The notes: a model not told the origin generated them from the letters alone. 25,282 bases of DNA from Fidelibacterota bacterium (GCA_046861655.1 JBHIAI010000012.1:1-25282); one strand, 5' to 3'; shown: positions 1 to 11,721, counted from the stretch's first letter. Translations and numbers: made by a program.

Positions 1-158
1 AAAGAGTGTTCGTGACACGAATGCGGGTGTCGGGTCCCTTGAAGGAAAAGGTTTTCTTGTATCGCGGTGTGACCGGGAGCAACCCCACGGCCATAAGGTA
101 TTTTATTTCCAGTTCTAACCCGTTATATTCATGGCAAATCCCAATCAAGGAGTCTTCC

Positions 159-1292
159 ATGAGAAAACCATTGTCTGCCATCATTTTGGTCCCTGTTCTG
201 TTGACGTTGTATAACTGCGGACCCAAGGTAACATCCCAGTCCGACGTGGATACACCCGAATACCATTACCGGGCAGGGATGCGGTACTTAGAGGATGAAG
301 ACTACGCGTCTGCCATCCGTTCCTTCCAGCGGTCGGTGGATCTGGACAAGAAATTTGCTCCAGGCTGGGCCGGGCTCGGCCTGACCACGGGCCTGAAGGG
401 CGACCTGAAAGAAGGCCGAAAACTCATGGACAAGGCCCTGGGCCAGGGCAAGAAGAACCCCGATGTTCACGTCCTGGCGGGGCGCCTCTGGATCGCCCAC
501 AGGGACGAGGGAAAAAACTGGCTGAAAAAAGCTAAAAATGAATTCGAGAGAGCCCTGAAGCTGAAACCGGGGCACGAAGCGGCTACCTACTATCTGGGCG
601 TCGCGTTCTTGCAGAACTACGATTTTTCCCTGGCTGAAAACGAGTTTCGCAAACTGGTGGAAAGAAAGGGGGAATACGCGTCCAGAGCCGATGAAATGTG
701 GTCCCTCTCCCAGAAAATAGTAAGGGCTCAACCGGGAACACTGGCGGGCAAGAAGATCGCCCTTCAGCCGAAAATCACCCGGGCCGACCTTGCTGTTCTT
801 CTCATAGAAGAGTTAAAACTCCCCGAGATTTTTGAACGTTTCATTCCCGAGAAAACGCCCGCCTTTCAGACCCCCGGCCAGATGAGAGCCCGCGCCGAAA
901 CCCCCCTTCCCCCCGATGTCCAGGGAACCTGGGCTCAGAGGTGGGTTGAAGAGGCCATGGACCTGGGCATCCTGGAACCCGACCCTGACGGCAACTTCTA
1001 TCCCTCAGAACCTCTCACCCGGGCGGGATACGCCAAGGCCGTGGCGAGAATCCTGGTGGCGGCCACCCGGGATCCCGATCTGGAAACCCGCTATTTTGGG
1101 GAATCACCTTCCAGGTTTTCCGACGTTTCCAGTAGCCACTTCGCCTACCCGGCCATGGCCCTGTGCGCGGAACGGGGCATCATGAAAGCCGATCTGGTGA
1201 CGGGCAAGTTTGAACCCGCAGGGTCGGTGGGCGGTGCGGATGCCCTCCTGATCATACGGGCGGTGCAAAACTCCCTCAGATTGACCTTCTGA
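159..1292 (+). CDS. Putative lipoprotein with N-terminal TPR repeats and C-terminal S-layer homology (SLH)-like domains
   Basis: ATG at 159 follows AAGGAG (147-152). Signal peptide ends ...LTLYNC (lipobox-like Cys). TPR-like helices (HYRAGMRYL, WAGLGL, YYLGVAFL). Two SLH-like segments (DVQGTWA..GILEPDPDGNFYPSEPLTRA; FSDVSSSHFAY..GIMK..GKFEP). The track start at 6 is probably too long. Confidence 0.75.
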   Translation: MRKPLSAIILVPVLLTLYNCGPKVTSQSDVDTPEYHYRAGMRYLEDEDYASAIRSFQRSVDLDKKFAPGWAGLGLTTGLKGDLKEGRKLMDKALGQGKKNPDVHVLAGRLWIAHRDEGKNWLKKAKNEFERALKLKPGHEAATYYLGVAFLQNYDFSLAENEFRKLVERKGEYASRADEMWSLSQKIVRAQPGTLAGKKIALQPKITRADLAVLLIEELKLPEIFERFIPEKTPAFQTPGQMRARAETPLPPDVQGTWAQRWVEEAMDLGILEPDPDGNFYPSEPLTRAGYAKAVARILVAATRDPDLETRYFGESPSRFSDVSSSHFAYPAMALCAERGIMKADLVTGKFEPAGSVGGADALLIIRAVQNSLRLTF

Positions 1293-1312
1293 TCACTGAC
1301 GGTTCCATCACC

Positions 1313-1339
1313 AGCCCCCGGGGATATCCCGGGGCTTTT
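1313..1339 (+). terminator. GC-rich hairpin plus short U tract; probable intrinsic terminator or REP-like palindrome
   Basis: AGCCCCCGGG-GATAT-CCCGGGGCT-TTT about 20 nt after the stop at 1292. Confidence 0.6.
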
Positions 1340-1372
1340 CATGGGGGTCTAGACTAGATTGGGTATCCACCC

Positions 1373-2485
1373 ATGATTGAGATTCACCCGGTCCGGACCC
1401 GGCGGGAATTGAAAAGGTTCGTCACCTTCCCCTGGAAGATCTATCAGGGAGACCCCAACTGGGTACCCCCTCTGGTAATGGATCGCCTGAGCTTCTTCAA
1501 TCCGAGAAAAAACCCCTTCTTTCAGCATTCTGAAGCCGACTTATTCATGGCCACCGACAACGGTGAGCCGGCCGGGCGCATTGCCGCCATCCGATACAGT
1601 CGCCACCTGGAGACCCATGGTGACAGCACGGGATTTTTCGGTTTCTTCGAATGCGTCGACGATGCCACCGTGGCAAATGCCCTGTTCGAACGGGCCAGTC
1701 AGTGGGTGGCGGACCGGGGTCTCACCAGGATACGGGGTCCTATGAACTTCACCGTGAACGATGAAGCCGCCCTTCTTGTCGAGGGATTCGACCGGCCCCC
1801 TGTGGTCATGATGACTTACAATCCTCCCTATTATGAAAGACTGGTTACAGGATACGGATTCAAGAAGGCCCAGGATCTATTCGCCTACTACCTCGACGCC
1901 CCTAGATCCATCCCGGAAAGACTGGTGAGGGCCTGGGAGCTCATGGGAAAAAGAGAGGGGATCCGAATTCGCACCATCAACATGAAGGATTTCGATGCTG
2001 AGGTGGAAAGGATTCATCAGATTCATGAACAAGCCTGGGGGGAAAACTGGGGATCTGTTCCCCTGACCCGGGACGAAATCCGTAGAATCGCGAAGGACCT
2101 TAAGTTGATCCTGGATCCCGACCTGGTGTTGATGGTGGAAGACGGTGACAAACCTGTGGGGGTATCCGTGACCCTGCCGGATATCAATCAGGCATTGAAA
2201 TACGCCAACGGGCGACTGTTTCCCGCGGGGCTAGTCAAAATCCTGTGGCATAAGAGAAAGATTGACGCAGTCCGGGTCTTTATCATGGGGGTGGTGAAGG
2301 GGTACCGCCGCCGCGGCCTGGATGCGGCCATGTACTACAAAACCATGGAGGCTGCGCTGAAGAAAGGGTACAAGTGGGGGGAGATGTCGTGGGTTCTGGA
2401 ATCGAATACCCCCATGCGGCGGGTCCTGGACAGACTGGGGATTGAGGTGTATAAGACATACAGGATCTACGACAAGGAGATCTGA
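1373..2485 (+). CDS. YghO-like double-GNAT N-acyltransferase (bacterial ceramide synthase bCerS-like)
   Basis: Family-typical motifs DPNWVPPL, NPFF, GRIAA, GFFGFFEC, RGPMNF, YNPPYY, NWGSVP, a GV...YRRRG acyl-CoA-binding motif, EMSWVLESN and KTYRIY. Confidence 0.75.
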   Translation: MIEIHPVRTRRELKRFVTFPWKIYQGDPNWVPPLVMDRLSFFNPRKNPFFQHSEADLFMATDNGEPAGRIAAIRYSRHLETHGDSTGFFGFFECVDDATVANALFERASQWVADRGLTRIRGPMNFTVNDEAALLVEGFDRPPVVMMTYNPPYYERLVTGYGFKKAQDLFAYYLDAPRSIPERLVRAWELMGKREGIRIRTINMKDFDAEVERIHQIHEQAWGENWGSVPLTRDEIRRIAKDLKLILDPDLVLMVEDGDKPVGVSVTLPDINQALKYANGRLFPAGLVKILWHKRKIDAVRVFIMGVVKGYRRRGLDAAMYYKTMEAALKKGYKWGEMSWVLESNTPMRRVLDRLGIEVYKTYRIYDKEI

Positions 2486-2486
2486 G

Positions 2487-2531
2487 TGATTCGTGGGGCG
2501 TAATTTCATAATCCGTAATGCGTAATTCGTA
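2487..2531 (+). repeat. Heptamer array, consensus TAATNCG (left arm)
   Basis: tgattcg tggggcg taatttca taatccg taatgcg taattcg ta, read directly from the sequence. Confidence 0.85.
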
Positions 2532-2547
2532 GAATCTGGGGTGAAGG

Positions 2548-3015
2548 ATGGACTATGATAAGTGGGTAGAAACCGTTCCTCAGGAGATTACGAGTGATTC
2601 CTTATGGAAGTTGAAGGTATACCGTTTGAGTCTTTTCGTGTGTGATCTTGGGTGGCAAGATGTGACCAAAATATCAAAAGATAAGCGATTACTTCCATTG
2701 TCCGGCCAGTTGTACAGGGCTCTCGGATCAATCAGCGCAAACATTGCAGAAGGTTATTCACGAGGGACCGGCAAGGACCGGGCCCGATTCTATGAGTATT
2801 CCTTGGGATCTGCTCGAGAAGCACGAGACTGGTATCAGAAAAGCCGACATGCAGTTGACGGAGATGTCTTGGATCACCGCATGGGACTATTGAGCCAGAT
2901 TGTACGCATTCTGCTGACGATGATTCCCCAGCAGAGAGGGTACACCGTAAGCGAGTCCCCCGTTAAATTCGAAAGGAGCTTGAAGAAACTATTGCACGAC
3001 ATTCCCATTCTGTGA
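2548..3015 (+). CDS. Four helix bundle protein (23S rRNA intervening-sequence protein / TIGR02436-like)
   Basis: LKVYRLS, QLYRALGSISANIAEGYSRG, RFYEYSLGSARE match the family signature (Q..RA..SI.ANIAEG..R..F...A.GS..E). Confidence 0.9.
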   Translation: MDYDKWVETVPQEITSDSLWKLKVYRLSLFVCDLGWQDVTKISKDKRLLPLSGQLYRALGSISANIAEGYSRGTGKDRARFYEYSLGSAREARDWYQKSRHAVDGDVLDHRMGLLSQIVRILLTMIPQQRGYTVSESPVKFERSLKKLLHDIPIL

Positions 3016-3055
3016 TAATCGACGTCTTCTCCCTCGTGCGTACGAATCTACCCGA

Positions 3056-3097
3056 CGGAATACGGATTACGAATTACGAATTACGGATTACGAACTG
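3056..3097 (+). repeat. Heptamer array, consensus CGNATTA (right arm, inverted relative to 2487-2531)
   Basis: cggaata cggatta cgaatta cgaatta cggatta cgaactg. Bases 3068-3090 match the reverse complement of 2509-2531 at 22/23 nt. Confidence 0.9.
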
Positions 3098-3112
3098 TAT
3101 CTTAGACGCTAG

Positions 3113-4096
3113 ATGAAAAGTCTCGTAACAGGCGCGAGTGGTTTCATCGGCAGTCACCTGGTGGATGCCCTCCTGAAGGAAGGACATGAGGTTACCGCCC
3201 TGGTTCGCCCTACGAGTCCCATGCGGTGGCTGGAAGGTAAGCCCATTCGCCTGATGATAGGCGATGTCCGGGACCCCGATTCCCTGGAAGAAGCCGTGAA
3301 GAACCAGGATTACGTGTTCCACGCGGCGGGGAAAGTGGCCGCCCGGACATTCAGGGAGTACAACGACACCAACCACGTAGGGACCCGTAACCTCATGGAG
3401 GCCATCCTCACCCACCACCCCAACGTTGCCAAGGTCATCTACGTCTCCTCCATGAGCGCCGGAGGCCCCACCACTCCCGATCACCCCCTGACGGAAGAAG
3501 ATCCCAGCCGTCCCATCTCTCTTTACGGAAAGTCGAAGTATCTGGGAGAACAGGCGGTTCTTGAACACCAGGATCGCCTCGATGTGGCGGCCGTGCGGCC
3601 CCCCGTCGTCTACGGACCGCGGGATCAGGGAACGCTGTCCTTCTTCCGCCTGGTGAAGCGCCATATTCGACTCAACCTGGGCCTCCGGGACCGGTATGCT
3701 ACTCTGGTGCATGTGTCCGACGTGGCCAGAGCCCTTATCCTGGTGGCCACCCGGGATAATACCCGGGGCCGGTACTACTATCTGGACGATGGCAATCCCG
3801 TCACAACCTGGCTGGAGCTACAAGACCTCATCCGGGCCGCCGTGGGATCATGGACGGCCACCGTCCGGGTGCCCCTGTCTCTTCTCTTCCTCGTGTCATC
3901 CGCCGTCCACGGCCTCCAGTACGTGACCGGAAAGACCTCCTGGTTTAACTTGCCCAAGTACCGCGAACTGTCCCAGAGGGCCTGGTTGTGTGACGGGGGA
4001 AAAATCCGCCGGGAGCTCGGTTTCAAACCGGCAGTTTCCGTGGAGGAAGGGATCCCGGAAACGGCCCGGTGGTACGATCAAATGGGCTGGCTTTGA
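3113..4096 (+). CDS. NAD-dependent epimerase/dehydratase family (extended SDR); candidate ceramide reductase CerR-like
   Basis: TGASGFIG Rossmann motif, VFHAAG, YVSS, catalytic YGKSK (YxxxK), RPPVVYGP. Confidence 0.85.
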   Translation: MKSLVTGASGFIGSHLVDALLKEGHEVTALVRPTSPMRWLEGKPIRLMIGDVRDPDSLEEAVKNQDYVFHAAGKVAARTFREYNDTNHVGTRNLMEAILTHHPNVAKVIYVSSMSAGGPTTPDHPLTEEDPSRPISLYGKSKYLGEQAVLEHQDRLDVAAVRPPVVYGPRDQGTLSFFRLVKRHIRLNLGLRDRYATLVHVSDVARALILVATRDNTRGRYYYLDDGNPVTTWLELQDLIRAAVGSWTATVRVPLSLLFLVSSAVHGLQYVTGKTSWFNLPKYRELSQRAWLCDGGKIRRELGFKPAVSVEEGIPETARWYDQMGWL

Positions 4097-4100
4097 AGTG

Positions 4101-4523
4101 ATGAACTGGGTTCTGTCCACCATGCTTCTTTCTGTGGCTGTCGCCGGCGGCCCTAAGTTCTCAGATGAGCAGATTGTGGCCATGACGCCCCACTATTTCA
4201 AGCGCTTTCCGGACAGTCCGGAATTCCTGGGCGCCCGGGTATACCGTCATCCCCAGAGGGGAAAGGTATTCCAGGTGGACGTACGCGTCGACAGGAACCA
4301 TGAAACCGAGGGCCTGGGGTTTGTTTTCAGTGCCATGTTGAATCTGAGCCGCTATTTCCAGCGGTCCCCCGATCTTTTCGTGGCTCTTCTCCATTCCCCT
4401 AGCCGGGGGACACCTCCTGTCATCTGCACGGGAGATGCCGAGTGCACCGCCGATCACTATATCCACCGGCGGATCTCGTATGACTACTGGTACCACCGGT
4501 GTATCACGTTCGAACGCCCCTAG
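4101..4523 (+). CDS. Hypothetical exported protein
   Basis: ATG 4 nt after the SDR stop; hydrophobic N-terminus MNWVLSTMLLSVAVAG. The track start at 3990 overlaps the SDR gene. Confidence 0.6.
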   Translation: MNWVLSTMLLSVAVAGGPKFSDEQIVAMTPHYFKRFPDSPEFLGARVYRHPQRGKVFQVDVRVDRNHETEGLGFVFSAMLNLSRYFQRSPDLFVALLHSPSRGTPPVICTGDAECTADHYIHRRISYDYWYHRCITFERP

Positions 4524-4533
4524 TCCTTAGAGA

Positions 4534-4562
4534 TTGACCCTGAAAAGGGCATCACGTAAATT
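4534..4562 (+). promoter_or_regulatory. Sigma70-like promoter, probably giving a leaderless or near-leaderless mRNA
   Basis: TTGACC (4534-4539), 17 nt, TAAATT (4557-4562), then 8 nt to the ATG at 4571; no SD. Confidence 0.55.
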
Positions 4563-4570
4563 CTGTTAGC

Positions 4571-6049
4571 ATGACTTCCCCCCACCTTTCCGGCCCGGCA
4601 CTGTATGAAAAAATCCGTCGTGATTTTTTCGGTCTGGACACCACGTACACCCTTGCAACGGGGGAAAAATCCCGGCGGATCTACCTCGATTCCACCGCCA
4701 CCACCCTGATGATGAAAGCGGCTCATGAGGTTGTGGACCGCTTCTTTCATCACTACGCTAACACACACAGCCTTCTTCACTTCGGAGCGAAAATCTCCAC
4801 CCACGAGTACGAATGGGCCCACCGCAGAATTCTATCCTTCGTAAACGCCGACCCGGAAACGTATACCTGCTTTCTCACCGGCAGCGGCACCACCGCCGGC
4901 GTAAACCGGGTGGCCCGGGTATTCCGGGACATCCGCCCCCAGAAGAAAACCGCCCTGGTTACCATCATGGAACACCATTCCAATGATCTGCCCCACCGGA
5001 AACACATGGCCCGGGTGATCCATGTACCCGTCAGCGTGACCAATGGAAGAATGGGGTGCGTGTCCCTGAAAGCGCTGGAATCCATGCTCAAAGAGAACCG
5101 GGATACGGTGAACTACGTGGCCATGACGGGCGTCAGCAACGTCACCGGCATCGTAAACCCCATTAACGAAGCGGCCGAAATCGCCCACGCCTACGATGCC
5201 CTGTTCCTGGTGGACGGCGCCCAGCTCTTGGCGCACATGCCTGTCCGGATGACTGTACCCAATCGTCCCCATCGGAATATCGATGCCCTGGTCTTCTCGG
5301 GACACAAAACCTACGCCCCGGGATCTCCCGGAGGAGTGGTCGTCAGAAAGGACCTGTTAAGCCAGGTGGAACCGATGGAAGTGGGTGGAGGCATGGTGGA
5401 ACATGTCTACAAGGAAAGCTACGAGGTGAAATCGACCTTTCCTGACAGGGAAGAGGCCGGCACACCCAACATTCCAGGGGCCATCGGACTGGCAGCGGCC
5501 ATCGATGTTCTGGACCGCATCGGTATGGATTACTTGAGGGATGAGGAAGAGGCCTTAATCCTGGACGCCCTTCACAAGCTGCAAGAAATTCCCGGTGTCA
5601 CCGTCTATGGTGAAGCCGATCCCCAGTTGTGCGAACGGACTGCCTCCATTTCGTTCAACGTGATGGGTATGGATCACGGACTGGTGGCCGCAATCCTGAA
5701 CGACTACTTCAATATCGCTGTACGGAACGAATGTTTCTGCGCCCACCCGTATGTGAAGGAAATGATCGGGAGTGACCTGACGGAAGCCATCCATGAAGAC
5801 GATCCCGAAGAACGGGAAAGGATTTATCATCTCAAGCAGGGTATGGTGAGGGCCAGTTTTGCCCTGTATTCCACCCGGGAGGACGTTTTGGCCCTGGAGG
5901 CAGCCCTCAAAGAAATCTCCGGGAAAAAGGACCGGTACCGGGCCCGGTACCACATTGACGCTCAGGGCAACTACATTCATAATTCGTTTCAGTTTGACCA
6001 CAGCAAGGAATTCTCCATCAAGAACTGCCTTGTAGACCTTATTTCTTAA
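4571..6049 (+). CDS. Aminotransferase class V PLP enzyme, cysteine desulfurase (SufS)-like
   Basis: IYLDSTAT, MEHHSNDLP, SNVTG, VDGAQ, FSGHK (PLP lysine), GGGMV, EAGTPN, RNECFCAHPY (variant of RxGxHCA), RASFALY. Confidence 0.85.
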   Translation: MTSPHLSGPALYEKIRRDFFGLDTTYTLATGEKSRRIYLDSTATTLMMKAAHEVVDRFFHHYANTHSLLHFGAKISTHEYEWAHRRILSFVNADPETYTCFLTGSGTTAGVNRVARVFRDIRPQKKTALVTIMEHHSNDLPHRKHMARVIHVPVSVTNGRMGCVSLKALESMLKENRDTVNYVAMTGVSNVTGIVNPINEAAEIAHAYDALFLVDGAQLLAHMPVRMTVPNRPHRNIDALVFSGHKTYAPGSPGGVVVRKDLLSQVEPMEVGGGMVEHVYKESYEVKSTFPDREEAGTPNIPGAIGLAAAIDVLDRIGMDYLRDEEEALILDALHKLQEIPGVTVYGEADPQLCERTASISFNVMGMDHGLVAAILNDYFNIAVRNECFCAHPYVKEMIGSDLTEAIHEDDPEERERIYHLKQGMVRASFALYSTREDVLALEAALKEISGKKDRYRARYHIDAQGNYIHNSFQFDHSKEFSIKNCLVDLIS

Positions 6050-6112
6050 GCCGTTTCCTGCTCCCCGGGATGATCTATGCAACGGGTCTTTTTCATGCTT
6101 AGATTTGGTCGT

Positions 6113-6156
6113 GTCATTGCGAGAATCCAGATCCTGTGGGATGCCCTCGTGATGAC
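6113..6156. repeat. Intergenic REP-like palindrome GTCATTGCGAG...CTCGTGATGAC
   Basis: 11-bp outer stem (two G-T wobbles) enclosing an inner ATCC-TGTG-GGAT hairpin. Confidence 0.5.
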
Positions 6157-6203
6157 CGTGGACCCATAAGGGTTATTCCGGTACACGACTCTCGATCTAT
6201 TGC

Positions 6204-9272
<3,069 letters not shown>

Positions 9273-9276
<4 letters not shown>

Positions 9277-10586
9277 CCATGTCCCTCCTCTCATTCATCG
9301 CCATTCTTGTCATTCCCCTGATGGGACTATTGGGTCAGGAAGTTCTCCCCCAGGCCCAAGAGATCTACCGGTCAGCCTACGAGACCGCCAAAAATGACGG
9401 GGTGATCAGCGACGATGAACAGGAAATCCTGACCACCCTCCGGGAAACACTGGGCCTTTCCGCAGAAGAGATTGTTGTGATAGAAGAAACCCTGGAACCC
9501 ACACTGGCTCCCAAACTGGATCAGTCCGGACGGTGGCCTCTGGTGGCCCAGAATATGATTTACGCAGCCTCCGTCTACGGCTGGATGATCCCTTACGTTC
9601 TGGATGCGGAGGACATAAAATGGTACGTGGGATCTGAAATGATGTCCCTGGGAGCCTCCTATGTCCTCACCTACCGGCTCACAAAGAACATGGAAATCTC
9701 CCATGCCCGGGCCCAGATGATGCGGGCGGGATCGGCGGTGGGCCTGTGGTATGGCTATGGGGTGAACACCCTGTTCGAACTGGACGACGAAAAGGGAAGA
9801 CTTTGGGCCTGGGTGGTCATGGCCTCAGTTCCGGCCGGCATTTACGCAGGGGACAAACTTCACTCAAGATGGCACCCATCTCATGGACAGGCCTGGTCCC
9901 TGACCCAGTGGGCAGAATTGGGGGCCTACACACTGGGACAGATACACCATTTGGTCCAGGAAGAACCTGAGCAGCCTGAATGGGAGTGGCCCATGGACTC
10001 TTCCCGGGACTACCAGGAGTGGGAAACCGAGCATGGTGAATGGAAGAAGCGTCACGTCGTGTTTTCCATGGTGGGCTATCCGCTGGGGACCTACATCGGC
10101 CACCGATTTTTCGGAACCCGGCAGTACAGCTTTGGAGACGCTATGATGCTCCTTCAGGGACGATGGGTGGGATGGTTTTACGGTCTGCTGACTGCAGACG
10201 TTTTAGACCTTGATTTGGACGGACCGGGAAGCCGGATCCTGCGAACGGTGGGATCGGTGGGGACGATGGTACTGTTCGACCGCGTGGTGAGAGGATACGA
10301 TTACTCCTTCGGTGAAGCTGCCCTGACGTTCCTGGGGACCCTTTCCGGGGCCGCTTTCGCCGCGGGCGTCAGCGTCCTCGCCGAGATTGATGAGGGCAGA
10401 GCGGTGGAGATCTTGGTTATGCTGGGAGGAGCAGCCGGCTTTCAACTGAGCAGGTCCATTCTTACGCCGAAATCAGAAAGGCCAACGGAAGGCAACGCCC
10501 CGGGTCCCGCTTTTTCCCTGGCCCCGGGAGCCTTCCTTCAAGGCGGCCGGCTCCACCCGGCGGTACACGTTTCATATAATTTCTAG
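9273..10586 (+). CDS. Hypothetical membrane protein with TerB-like N-terminal motif and internal repeats
   Basis: Signal-like N-terminus, AKNDGVISDDEQEIL motif, four similar Gly-rich hydrophobic units, C-terminal VHVSYNF. Confidence 0.6.
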
Positions 10587-10661
10587 TATGACACGCCCGG
10601 GAACGGAAGGGTAAACCTCTGAAGCGGTTCCGAATGATCTTTTTTCCCTAATCACCTATTC

Positions 10662-10681
10662 CACCCGGATGAATCCGGGTG
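10662..10681. repeat. Perfect intergenic palindrome CACCCGGAT-GA-ATCCGGGTG
   Basis: 9-bp perfect inverted repeat seen directly. Confidence 0.6.
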
Positions 10682-10710
10682 CTGTTCTGATTTTGCCTGG
10701 TTTCGCCTTT

Positions 10711-10754
10711 TCCGGTCTCCCGTGTCCGGTCTCCAGTTCCGCCATTCTCCATTT
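10711..10754. repeat. Degenerate heptamer array (TCCNGTN x4, then CCATT x2)
   Basis: tccggtc tcccgtg tccggtc tccagtt, then gccattc tccattt. Confidence 0.5.
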
Positions 10755-10775
10755 CCCCAAGTTCCTGAAGTGACG

Positions 10776-10804
10776 TTGACAAACAAAACAGAGGGGTGTA
10801 TTTT
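10776..10804 (+). promoter_or_regulatory. Sigma70-like promoter of the ROK gene
   Basis: TTGACA (10776-10781), 17 nt, TATTTT (10799-10804); ATG 10 nt downstream, no SD. An AGGGGT/ACCCCT inverted repeat brackets the -10. Confidence 0.6.
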
Positions 10805-10814
10805 GACCCCTGTC

Positions 10815-11675
10815 ATGATTCGCCTTGGAATCGACATCGGCGGCACCAAGATGGAAGGGATCGCTCTCACTTCACAGGGTGAGGTTATCGCCCGGGAACG
10901 AATCACCACCGAGGCCCACAAAGGATACGAACACGTCCTGAGTCAGGTAGAGCGCCTCTTCGAGAAAATCACCGCGGACCACGACGGGGATTTCACTCTG
11001 GGAATCTGCACGCCGGGAGCCCTATCCGCCGACACGGGCCGGTTGAAAAACAGCAATACCCAGTGTCTGATCGGCCAGCCCCTCAAAGAGGATATTGAGT
11101 CCAGGCTGGGTCATAGGGTGGTTCTGGAGAACGATGCCAACTGCTTCGCCCAGGCCGAAGCCCTCCTGGGGGCCGCCAGAGACTATTCCATCGTATTCGG
11201 GGTCATCATGGGCACCGGCGTCGGCGGAGGCATCTGCCTGGACGGACGCATCCACCGGGGTCTCCAGTACATCGCCGGAGAATGGGGTCACTCCCTTCTT
11301 CATCCTGGTGGGAACCCATGTTATTGCGGCAAGAAGGGGTGTGTGGAAACGTATCTCTCGGGACCTGCTCTGGAACGTCATTACATTCAGCTGACCGGTG
11401 AAGAGCTACCGTTAGAAAAGATCGTCGAACATCCTCCCAAAACGTGGAAGGAAGAATTCCTGGGCAATTTCGGCATGGCCCTTTCCAACGTCATTAACAT
11501 CCTCGATCCGGATGTTGTCGTTCTGGGAGGTGGCGTCTCCAACATCGATTTTCTCTACCACGAAGGACCCAGATACGTGGCGAACTATTGCTTCAACAAC
11601 CGCCTGGAAACACCCATCGTGAAGAACCAACTTGGGGATTCCGCAGGTGTGTTCGGTGCGGCCTGCCTGATGTGA
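10815..11675 (+). CDS. ROK family sugar kinase (Mak/fructokinase-like)
   Basis: GIDIGGTK, ENDANCFA, GTGVGGG, AGEWGH, CYCGKKGCVE zinc motif, LGGGVS, GVFGAA; no N-terminal HTH. The start is moved to ATG 10815. Confidence 0.9.
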   Translation: MIRLGIDIGGTKMEGIALTSQGEVIARERITTEAHKGYEHVLSQVERLFEKITADHDGDFTLGICTPGALSADTGRLKNSNTQCLIGQPLKEDIESRLGHRVVLENDANCFAQAEALLGAARDYSIVFGVIMGTGVGGGICLDGRIHRGLQYIAGEWGHSLLHPGGNPCYCGKKGCVETYLSGPALERHYIQLTGEELPLEKIVEHPPKTWKEEFLGNFGMALSNVINILDPDVVVLGGGVSNIDFLYHEGPRYVANYCFNNRLETPIVKNQLGDSAGVFGAACLM

Positions 11676-11721
11676 CCGTGTCAGTGGGCCCCGCCAAGGC
11701 GGGATCTCCGCTTCGCTCCGA

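Noticed and set aside
1..96. Possible minus-strand ORF start (MAVGLLPVTPRYKK..) and palindrome TTCGTG-A-CACGAA at 9-21
   Set aside because: Cut by the window edge; too little sequence to support either.
2548..3015. Diversity-generating retroelement (Avd-like gene) or true 23S rRNA IVS
   Set aside because: No reverse transcriptase, no TR/VR pair seen and no rRNA sequence; both flanks are protein-coding genes.
4571..6049. Serine palmitoyltransferase completing the ceramide pathway
   Set aside because: Motifs (EHHSN, SGHK, EAGTPN) are class V/SufS-like, not class II alpha-oxoamine synthase.
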